Virus record (IMG/VR): IMGVR_UViG_3300013212_000088
Span: 32,001-96,000 of that record
Length of the DNA: 64,000 bases
Source of the DNA: a virus
Taxonomy: Duplodnaviria > Caudoviricetes
Reading direction: 5' to 3' (one strand)
The position numbers were made by a program, and so were the translations under genes. Below the pieces are notes generated by a model. That model did not search any database. It was not told where the DNA came from and saw only the letters and a list, made by a program, of their open reading frames with translations. Positions 36,074 to 44,301 of this stretch are shown here, piece by piece; the first letter of the stretch is position 1; each line of letters starts with the position of its first letter.

Positions 36074-38585
36074 AAAACAAAAGAATATGGAAACAGAAGC
36101 ATTAGTAATTGCTGATGACTATGTAATCCAAAAAGAATTTATCGAACTTATCGATGAGCGGTTTACAAATTATGCATTTGCAGTTATGGAAGACCGTGCA
36201 CTTCCAGATGCAAGGGATGGCCTAAAGCCATCCCAACGTAGGACTTTAGTTGCAATGAACGATCTTAGCCTTCGTTCTACAGGCAAGACTAAGAAGTGTG
36301 CAAAGATTTGTGGTGACGTTTCAGGTAATTATCATCCTCACGGAGAAGCAGTGGTATATCCAACTCTTGTCCGTATGGCTCAAGATTGGTCATTACGATA
36401 TCCTTTGATTACACCTCAAGGTAACTTTGGATCACCCGCACCTGAAGATAAGCCTGCTGCTATGCGCTACACAGAAGCTAAGTTTTCTTCATTCGGTGAT
36501 CAAATGGTTTCTGAATTATCTGATCAAGTAGTAGATTATGTTTCTAACTACAATGATGAGTTAATGGAGCCGACAGTATTACCTTCGCTTCTTCCTAATT
36601 TAATTATTAATGGTTGTTCTGGAATTGCAGTTGGATGGGCTACTAACATGGCTCCTCATAATTTGCGAGAAGTAGCAAATCTTATTGATGCTTATATCAA
36701 GAATCCAGATATAACAGAAGAAGAAGTCTTAACTATTCTTCCAGGACCAGACTTTCCTCTACCATGTAAGATTTTGGGCACTGAAGGTGTTAAGAATTAC
36801 TTTACAACTGGACGAGGTACTGTTCAAATTGAAGGATACTATTCAATTGAGCAAGACAAGAATAATCAACAATATATCAAGGTTACTGCTCTTCCTTATG
36901 GTGGCAGTGCCGAAGGTTTTTGTAGAGAAATTAAAGAACTTGTTGAAAGTAAGAAAATTGAAGGCATTACAAACCTTAAAAATCTTACTAACAAAAGAGG
37001 AATGGACATTCGTGTTTGGATTGGTAAGTATGCAAACACAAATGTAGTTCTCAATTTAATTCTCAAGCACACTTCACTTCGAACAAACTTTTCTGTCAAC
37101 TCCACAGTATTGATGGCAGGCAAGAAGGTTGTTGAAAATGTTCCTATGATCAAGCTTGTAGAAGTTTTTGTAAATCATAGAAAAGAAGTACTTACAAGAA
37201 AATTCAATGCAGAACTTGCTAAAAATAATCGAAGAACTCATATTCTGGAGGGCCTTATTGGAATTACCTCTAAAATTGATTCGGTTATCAAACTTATCCG
37301 TGAAGCTGACAATAGGGAAATTGCACTCCAAGGATTAATCAGCGGTGGATTTGTCGTATCACCTGAGCAAGCAGATGCAGTTTTAAAAATTACTTTAGGT
37401 AATCTTACAAAGCTTGACACTCGTGCAATGAATGATGAGTTTGACAAGTTAAATAAAAGAAGCGATTGGCTTACAGAGCAATTGGCATCAGATAAGAAAA
37501 TGCTAAAGCTTATTTCCAAAGAGCAACTTGAATTAGCTGAAAAGGTTGGAGATGACAGACGTTGCGAAATAGTTGAATCTGTTGGAGCAATGTCAATTGA
37601 AGACCTTATTCCTGAAGAGCAAATCATTGTGTCTTTGACAAAGGACGGTTATATCAAGAGAGTTCCTTTGACAACTTTTAAAGCCCAAAATCGTGGCGGT
37701 AAAGGCGTTATTGGAGTGAAGAGCCGTGAAGAAGATGAAGCTTCTGATATCTTTTCAGGTTCAACTCACGACTTGTTCTTGTTCTTTACAAATCAAGGTA
37801 ATTTGTTGAAGAAGAAAGGACATGAGATTCCTCTTGCAACCAGAACATCAAAGGGTATGCATTTAGCTAACTTGCTAAATCTGAATCCAGATGAAAAGGT
37901 AGCATCGACTATCACTGTAAAGTCACTTGACATTGATGGCTTCTTTGTTATGGTCTCAAAAAATGGATTAATAAAGCGATCCGAAATCCGTGATTATAAT
38001 TCTTCCCTTCGCAAAAGAGGCCTTAAGGCAATTACTTTGGATGAAGGTGATGAGTTGGCCTTTGTAATGTCTACAACTGGCAATCAAGAACTCATGTTCA
38101 TTACCGCTGAGGGTATGGCTGCACGTTACTCTGAACAAATTGTAAGAGAAACTGGCAAAAATTCAAAGGGTTGCAGATCGATGATTCTTGAGCGTGGAGA
38201 CTATATCGCTTCAACATTAGTGCTCAACCCTGAAGACAATCCATCTATCCTTGTAATTACAGAGCAAGGTTATGGAAAGAAAACAGATGCTTCTATGTAC
38301 CGCTCTGCTGGTGGAAGATATGTTAAGGGTTTGAGGACCATTGATAATGTCAAGAAAACACGTAATGGCTTGATTGTTTCAGGCTTAGCGGTGACTGATG
38401 AAGATGATTATCTTGTGCTTACAACCAAGGGCAAGATGATTAGAAACAGAGTAGCTGATATCAAGTCTAAGGGAAGAACAACCATGGGTGTTCCTCTTGT
38501 AAGCTTAGATAATAATGACTCCGTTCAGTCAGTAGTTGTTGTAAAAGCTGACATTGAAGAGGAATTTCAAGACGAAGTTAGTTAA
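36066..38585 (+). CDS. gyrA: DNA gyrase subunit A
   Basis: [24 protein letters not shown] (catalytic Tyr), GyrA-box QNRGGKG (37686-37706) and beta-pinwheel repeats. Confidence 0.98.
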   Translation: [839 protein letters not shown]

Positions 38586-38615
38586 TTATTAATTAACTTG
38601 TAAGGAATTAAGAAT

Positions 38616-39020
38616 ATGGCTAACGCACTTTACGACACTGGAAGAAATGCTTTTTTAAGAGGCGATTTGAGTTGGAATTCACATACGTTCAAGGTAGTCC
38701 TGCTATCTAGTTCATATACTGTCAATTTAGCTTCACATCAATACTTATCTAGCCTTCCTGGTGGAGCAAGGGTAGCCACTTCTATAGCACTTACTACATC
38801 ATTGCCAGGAGCCGGTATAGCAGATGCGAGTGACATAACATTTACATCTGTCACCGGCTCCCAAGTGACCCAATTTGTAGTTTATAGAGATACTGGTGTA
38901 GAAGCCTCATCTCAACTAGTTGCATATTTTGACACTGCAACAAACCTACCTATAACACCAAATGGGGGAGATATTTCCATCACTTGGTCAAATGACACTA
39001 ACAGAATATTTAAACTCTAG
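38616..39020 (+). CDS. Conserved phage minor tail/virion protein
   Basis: MANALY...F....KVVL...Y...H.YLS...D..D.TF...YRDTG....QLVAYFD...LPITPNGGDISITW.N..NRIFKL, a recognisable phage family. Confidence 0.8.
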   Translation: MANALYDTGRNAFLRGDLSWNSHTFKVVLLSSSYTVNLASHQYLSSLPGGARVATSIALTTSLPGAGIADASDITFTSVTGSQVTQFVVYRDTGVEASSQLVAYFDTATNLPITPNGGDISITWSNDTNRIFKL

Positions 39021-39028
39021 AGGCAGAA

Positions 39029-39277
39029 ATGGATTACACATCATATACTATTGAAGAATTAGTTAATCTTAAATTAGTGAAAGAAACTGCTTTAGAATTA
39101 GCAAAAGCAGACCTTGATGAGGTTGCAGATGCTTTGAGAGAAAAGCAAGTGAGTTTGGAGCTTGCTAATAAATTAAACTCAATGACTGCAGAAGAAATTG
39201 AGTTATTAAGAAATTACAATCCTTCAGCAATGACAGTTGGTAGTATTTTATCTCAAGAGGAAATTGGCAAAGTTTAG
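39029..39277 (+). CDS. Small helical hypothetical protein
   Basis: 82 aa in the structural operon. Confidence 0.55.
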   Translation: MDYTSYTIEELVNLKLVKETALELAKADLDEVADALREKQVSLELANKLNSMTAEEIELLRNYNPSAMTVGSILSQEEIGKV

Positions 39278-39292
39278 CCAATTATTTCTTCT

Positions 39293-40336
39293 ATGAGCGC
39301 AAATGATTTCTTAGCGCAATCAACTCCTCAAAGTATTGGCGCAACTTCTATACCATCTTCTGAATCATTTAATAGTCAGGCTTTATTGGCTTCTAAAAAG
39401 CTTTCTCCTACCGCAATAATCACAAGAGAAACTTTTCCAATTAACTTTAGAATTGCTAATATAGTTTTTCTTTATCCTAATTTAATTGAATCTTTAGAAA
39501 GCATACCTACTGATTTACAGCTAAATGTATTTAATGCTCGCACATATTTTAAGTTTAGCAATTCAATTATAAGTGAAGAAGTATTTGGCACTCCTACTAC
39601 AACTTCAATAACAGATGTATCGCTTAGCGCAATTGGATCAACTGAATCTTTTCCTACCCTAACGGTTAACTTCTTAGTAAACATTTCAATAGGAACAGGC
39701 ATATCATCTGCAGAGTCTTTACCAAACAATAATTTACTTAAATCTATTGGAATGTTACTTCATCCTAATAATATTTTTATAGGGCAAATATTTTCACAAC
39801 CAAGCATATATTTAGCTAGAAACCTATATCCTGGTTCACTTACTAGCTCTGAATTCATTACAAACAATCACTTAATTAATGGAATACAGCCTACAATTAG
39901 ATTTGTCCAGCAATATTCCATCAATTCTACTGAAACATTCAACTCCAATAATAGCTTTTCAATAACTCCAGCTCCGCCATCAATTATAGCAGCAGGGTTT
40001 ATTAAGTCATGGATTGCAGTAGTCAATTCTATGCTAGTAAATGTCTCAAAAAAAAACATCCTAGACGTTGATACAATAATTGAATATCAAAAAGTTGTTC
40101 AACCTCAATCAAGATATATCATTGATTCGTACACCAAGGCAAATAAAATTGAAGTTGATTATTATAAAAAACACTCAGTCACTTCATACATAACTATCGA
40201 AGAAGTTGAGATGGCAAGACAAACCAATGATAATTTAGAAAGTTATATTAAACAGAAGCACCACATTGAAAGCTATTTTGTAAGTGAAAATATTAACCTG
40301 CCAAAAGTTACAAGATATAAAATTGAAAAATATTAG
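39293..40336 (+). CDS. Minor tail-like protein with I.S.E.F repeats
   Basis: About 8 repeats (IPSSESF, IISEEVFGTP, IGSTESFP, ISSAESLP, INSTETF). Confidence 0.6.
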   Translation: MSANDFLAQSTPQSIGATSIPSSESFNSQALLASKKLSPTAIITRETFPINFRIANIVFLYPNLIESLESIPTDLQLNVFNARTYFKFSNSIISEEVFGTPTTTSITDVSLSAIGSTESFPTLTVNFLVNISIGTGISSAESLPNNNLLKSIGMLLHPNNIFIGQIFSQPSIYLARNLYPGSLTSSEFITNNHLINGIQPTIRFVQQYSINSTETFNSNNSFSITPAPPSIIAAGFIKSWIAVVNSMLVNVSKKNILDVDTIIEYQKVVQPQSRYIIDSYTKANKIEVDYYKKHSVTSYITIEEVEMARQTNDNLESYIKQKHHIESYFVSENINLPKVTRYKIEKY

Positions 40337-40348
40337 GAGATAAAAGAA

Positions 40349-40660
40349 TTGCAATCACCAATTTACACAAATACTACTGTTAAAATCTACGCTAAAATTA
40401 AGGACGAAGATGGCAACCAAATTGATCCTGATGGCGTAGATTTCTTTATCACTCAACCAGGTATTGGGGCTACAACTATTCAGTATTCTTATGGAAATGT
40501 TGATGGTACAGTTCAAAAAACAGGTTCTGGATCAACTGCAGAATACTTTGTTGAATGGCTTACTGATGACCCTGGTAGATACAAATACACCTGGGAAACA
40601 ACAGGAACAGTTCAGACAGCATTTAAGAGTTTCTTTGAAGTAGAAAACTCAAGGTGGTAA
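40349..40660 (+). CDS. Small Ig-like virion protein (BppU-N-like)
   Basis: AGGAG SD with TTG start; VKIYAKIKDEDG..IDPD...DDPGRYKYTW beta pattern. Confidence 0.55.
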   Translation: MQSPIYTNTTVKIYAKIKDEDGNQIDPDGVDFFITQPGIGATTIQYSYGNVDGTVQKTGSGSTAEYFVEWLTDDPGRYKYTWETTGTVQTAFKSFFEVENSRW

Positions 40661-40663
40661 TAA

Positions 40664-41605
40664 ATGGCCTTTCCTGGTTCCCTTACTAGATCAGAGATAG
40701 CTTCCGGCTTATTAGTCAGAAGTGTCAAGATAAATGGTAATTACTTATTAGTAGAAAATTGCAGCATTAATCAAGTCCAAGAAATAGATATGAATTCTTT
40801 GTATCTTCAAGGGGGACCAGGAAGCGCTATTGCAAATATTGGTGCTAAAAAATATGAAGGTGATATTTTATTTTTTATACGAGTTGATAGAGATAACGTT
40901 TTAGATCCCGCAGTTCAAGCAATATTAAGACATGCTGAATCTCCAATGTCAGGACTAACATTGGACACTAATCATCTTCTTTCTCACTTTGATATTACAG
41001 CTGAGGATGGTGCAACAGACAATAATGAACTCTTGTCAATAGATCAGTTAGTAATTAAAAGTCTAACTATTTCAGCTAATGAAAATGATTATGTTAAAAT
41101 ATCTGCTTCTTTTCAAGGAATGATTGATACCAGAGCTTCTTCTGATTATGCAGTACCAGATGAAAATCATGTGTTAGGTAGGTCTTTATCCTGGGGTGAC
41201 TGTAATGCAAGCAGATATCAATCTTCCATGCGCACAGTTTCTAATTTTGAACTAACTATAAATAATGAACTGGAATCGCTATCATTTCTTATGGCTGGAG
41301 ATTTAGCTGGAGTAAATAGATCAGATCAAATATCATTAATTAGTGTAAAATCTGTCAAGTGGGCTGGAGAATACTCAGAAATACTTCGTAAAGGCATGGA
41401 ATTAGAAACAGCTATACATGGTGGATGGATGGTTGATGAAAACTTAACCTTTACAATAGGACCAATTACTGCATCTTATAGAATACCTTTATTTCAAAAA
41501 TCAGAGCTACCACTATCTGCAAAAATGTTGATTAGGAAAGTAAAATGGAATGCTATGATTAATCCATCAGCTCCGTTAAAGCAAGGTGGATTATTTACAA
41601 TTTAA
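40664..41605 (+). CDS. Tail tube-like protein, paralog 1
   Basis: All-beta pattern; VSNFELTINNELE motif reminiscent of tail tube proteins; aligns by eye with the next gene (RSVKING..L.EN / KSIKVSG..VAES; L.GGP...NIG / IQGSP...NIG). Confidence 0.55.
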   Translation: MAFPGSLTRSEIASGLLVRSVKINGNYLLVENCSINQVQEIDMNSLYLQGGPGSAIANIGAKKYEGDILFFIRVDRDNVLDPAVQAILRHAESPMSGLTLDTNHLLSHFDITAEDGATDNNELLSIDQLVIKSLTISANENDYVKISASFQGMIDTRASSDYAVPDENHVLGRSLSWGDCNASRYQSSMRTVSNFELTINNELESLSFLMAGDLAGVNRSDQISLISVKSVKWAGEYSEILRKGMELETAIHGGWMVDENLTFTIGPITASYRIPLFQKSELPLSAKMLIRKVKWNAMINPSAPLKQGGLFTI

Positions 41606-41698
41606 GAATAAAATAACAACATTTCAAATGAATGTATTAAAGGGAAAATTTGCATCATAAGAGAAAGTAAAATTATATTGGTTTAAGGGAGAATTATT

Positions 41699-42724
41699 AT
41701 GCCTCTAAATAATAATCTATTTGGTGTTTACAAGTCAATCAAGGTAAGCGGTCGTACATATGTAGCTGAAAGTGCAAACAGAAACGTGAGCATGGAAGTT
41801 GATGCGAAGAACTATATCCAAGGTTCTCCAAAAGCTCGTGTTCTTAACATTGGTGGAACAAAAGAAAGTATTTCCATTACATCACCAATTCTTGTAGGCG
41901 CTGGATCTGCTGTTGACGGAAGAGAATTGGCCAACACCAAAATTAATGAGATTTTGGACCCAAACTCTGCTACACTTCCAGTCCTTGAAAGTGCCGTTTA
42001 CAAAGTTAGCCCAGACGGTGCTTCTGTATCTATCACATTAAAATCTGATGGTGATCCTGGTGATCCAACTTCAACAGCAACAAGGCCTTTTGAAGTTTCA
42101 GGTAGAGAAATTGAAGAGCTTAAGCCTGGATTTGGTGCTCAACCATCTAGAGTTGCAAGATTCTATGACTTCCGTGTTCAAATTGGTTTCAGAAAGTTCT
42201 TCATTCTTGAAGCTGAAATTACAGTTGCTGCAACTACCACAGAAGCTTACTTCTTAGTACCTTACAACACAATCAACGATGGTAACCCTGCTTATATCCA
42301 AGGCCCATCTGGTTCTGGTACAATTACAGCTGGTTATCAATTCCCATTCCTTGGTATCTCTGGTATTAAGATTACTGGAAAGGGCAAAGCTGCTGTTATC
42401 CTTAGAGATATTCCAGGTACTGCACACTACGGTGACTACTACTTCTTCGATTACTACGGTGGTGAAACCGTTGGAACCGACGAATCTATCAACCTTGGTC
42501 TTTCAAGAGGACAGTCTGACCTTACATTCCAAAGACCTGGTGAATCAGTTGCAGAAGCTCAAAGTTTCCGCCTTGAAATCTTCGATGGCCTTACTGACAA
42601 TGCGTGGGAATCACTTCTTCCAGTTTCAATTGATACCTCCAAGTCTGTTGTTTCTACTTCAAACTTCTCCGTAACAACTGGTCTTCTTACCGTTGACTTC
42701 GACTTCTACTGCTGGGTTCAATAA
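41699..42724 (+). CDS. Probable major tail tube protein, paralog 2
   Basis: Paralog of 40664-41605; GGGAG SD; strong C-ending codon bias; followed by a terminator. Confidence 0.55.
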   Translation: MPLNNNLFGVYKSIKVSGRTYVAESANRNVSMEVDAKNYIQGSPKARVLNIGGTKESISITSPILVGAGSAVDGRELANTKINEILDPNSATLPVLESAVYKVSPDGASVSITLKSDGDPGDPTSTATRPFEVSGREIEELKPGFGAQPSRVARFYDFRVQIGFRKFFILEAEITVAATTTEAYFLVPYNTINDGNPAYIQGPSGSGTITAGYQFPFLGISGIKITGKGKAAVILRDIPGTAHYGDYYFFDYYGGETVGTDESINLGLSRGQSDLTFQRPGESVAEAQSFRLEIFDGLTDNAWESLLPVSIDTSKSVVSTSNFSVTTGLLTVDFDFYCWVQ

Positions 42725-42745
42725 TCTAGCTGCAGAAATGCTTAT

Positions 42746-42775
42746 AAAAAAACCTCCCGAAAGGGAGGTTTTTTT
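42746..42775. terminator. Bidirectional intrinsic terminator
   Basis: AAAAAAACCTCCC-GAAA-GGGAGGTTTTTTT between convergent genes. Confidence 0.92.
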
Positions 42776-43286
42776 ATTCTCTAGTCCAATCTACAATAAA
42801 CTCTTCATAATTCCAGTCATCGTAAGGATCTATTTTATCCCAAGTTTCTTTGACGACATAAAAGTTTAGTTTATTAAGTATACTCATAATTAAGCCATCA
42901 ACTATACTACATATTGAATAATATCTTCTGTGTTTTGAATCGATGTAATGTAGGGTGCAATATAAAATATCACCCACTTTCGATTCTAACACTACTTTTT
43001 CAATTGAAGAATTATTATCTTTTAAATGTTTATTGAATATTTGATAAATCGTATGTATATGAGAGTTTTTGTGTAAACTTTTAAAGAAAAATGAGAGCAT
43101 TGACCCTTCATATGCATTAAGAATTATTGCAACATCTTTATCATCACCCTCAAGTAAAGCATACATTTTACTTTCAGGGCTTATTAAAATGTGCTGTAAG
43201 TCAACTCTTAAAAGGCTTAACTCTTCAATATCATTTAAGTTTTTTGCCTTTATAGTTATTTTTTTGTTTGGTAAATCTTCCATCAA
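42774..43286 (-). CDS. DUF151/bifunctional nuclease-like protein (divergent)
   Basis: VAIILNAYEGSML...HTIYQIF...IEKVVLESK....YCTL...SIVDGLIMSI..K.NFYV follows the DUF151 pattern (LPI.IG..EA; THDL; RPSDAIALA). Confidence 0.6.
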   Translation of the reverse strand: MMEDLPNKKITIKAKNLNDIEELSLLRVDLQHILISPESKMYALLEGDDKDVAIILNAYEGSMLSFFFKSLHKNSHIHTIYQIFNKHLKDNNSSIEKVVLESKVGDILYCTLHYIDSKHRRYYSICSIVDGLIMSILNKLNFYVVKETWDKIDPYDDWNYEEFIVDWTRE

Positions 43287-43687
43287 TGATTACAGCCTTC
43301 ATTTTTACAAGGCTTGCAGCTACCACAAAGTTTATTGTTTAAATAATGAGATGCAGCTACTAAAAATGAACCAAATACTAACACGACAGTAAATAGATCT
43401 ATTTCAAAACCATGAACTGATGAATGACTATGCTGTAATTTTCCAATAACAATTAACATGATTCCAGAACTTAAATAGGCAAATGTTTTTAATGATTTAT
43501 GCTTCCTATACCCAAAACATAAACTGCTAACACCTAAGATTGCTGAAAATACAAGTAGCCCCCATTCGAATGTTTCACTTACAAAAAGAGACAGACCAAA
43601 TACTGGGACTAATGTTATTACCAAAGGCATAACTAAGCAATGAATAGCGCATGAAACGCTCGAAAACATACCTACTTTATCTATCAT
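43283..43687 (-). CDS. merC: MerC-family membrane protein
   Basis: DKVG...S..CAIHCL..P, EW, GYRKH, ASHYLN..LC; four TM helices; His-rich loop and Cys-rich tail. Confidence 0.85.
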   Translation of the reverse strand: MIDKVGMFSSVSCAIHCLVMPLVITLVPVFGLSLFVSETFEWGLLVFSAILGVSSLCFGYRKHKSLKTFAYLSSGIMLIVIGKLQHSHSSVHGFEIDLFTVVLVFGSFLVAASHYLNNKLCGSCKPCKNEGCNH

Positions 43688-44301
43688 TTTAATTGGTAAC
43701 TCTTTCTATGAAAATGCTGAAGACCATGTTCAGCAACAGCTTCTTTATGTTTAGCAGTAATATAGCCTTTATTGCTTATCAAATCATACTCTGGATGTTC
43801 TTCATGCAATTTAGCAAGAACTCTATCATGATGTACTTTAGCAATTATACTAGCTGCAGCTACAGCTAATGAAGTTGAATCTGCTTTAGGTATCATCAAT
43901 TGAGGTTTTAAATTATTCTTGGGACCTTGATCAATTACATATAAATGAGGTAATTCATCTATATATTTGGTTGCTTTAGATGCTGCGCTTACCATTGCAT
44001 TTAAATTAGCTTCTTGTATGCCAATTTTGTCTATATCTTCTGCGGATATTTCAGTCACTCCATAAGAAATACAGCTAGTAATAATTCTATCGTAAAGCTC
44101 TTCTCTTTTCTTCTGGGTAAGTTTTTTAGAATCATTGACCCCTTCTAAAGTTTGTCTTTCATCTAAAACCACACAAGCAGCAACTAAGGGACCAGCTAAA
44201 GATCCACGGCCACATTCATCAATTCCAGCAATATATTTCCCGTATTTGAGCCTAAGTTCATCATCAAATTTTTTTAATTCAATATATGCTTGTGATTTCA
44301 T
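43684..44301 (-). CDS. rnhB: Ribonuclease HII
   Basis: AGIDECGRGSLAGP, DSKKLT..KRE, AAASIIAKV, NKGY, HRKSY. Confidence 0.96.
   Translation of the reverse strand: MKSQAYIELKKFDDELRLKYGKYIAGIDECGRGSLAGPLVAACVVLDERQTLEGVNDSKKLTQKKREELYDRIITSCISYGVTEISAEDIDKIGIQEANLNAMVSAASKATKYIDELPHLYVIDQGPKNNLKPQLMIPKADSTSLAVAAASIIAKVHHDRVLAKLHEEHPEYDLISNKGYITAKHKEAVAEHGLQHFHRKSYQLK

Noticed and set aside
35191-37627. Alternative-frame and antisense ORFs within gyrB/gyrA, and similar short overlapping ORFs elsewhere in the track
   Set aside because: Fully nested in well-supported genes, with no SD or recognisable motifs.
12740-41660. A T(A/T)TAAAGG-like late promoter motif seen upstream of four genes
   Set aside because: Too degenerate for an AT-rich genome and absent before several structural genes; needs motif statistics.
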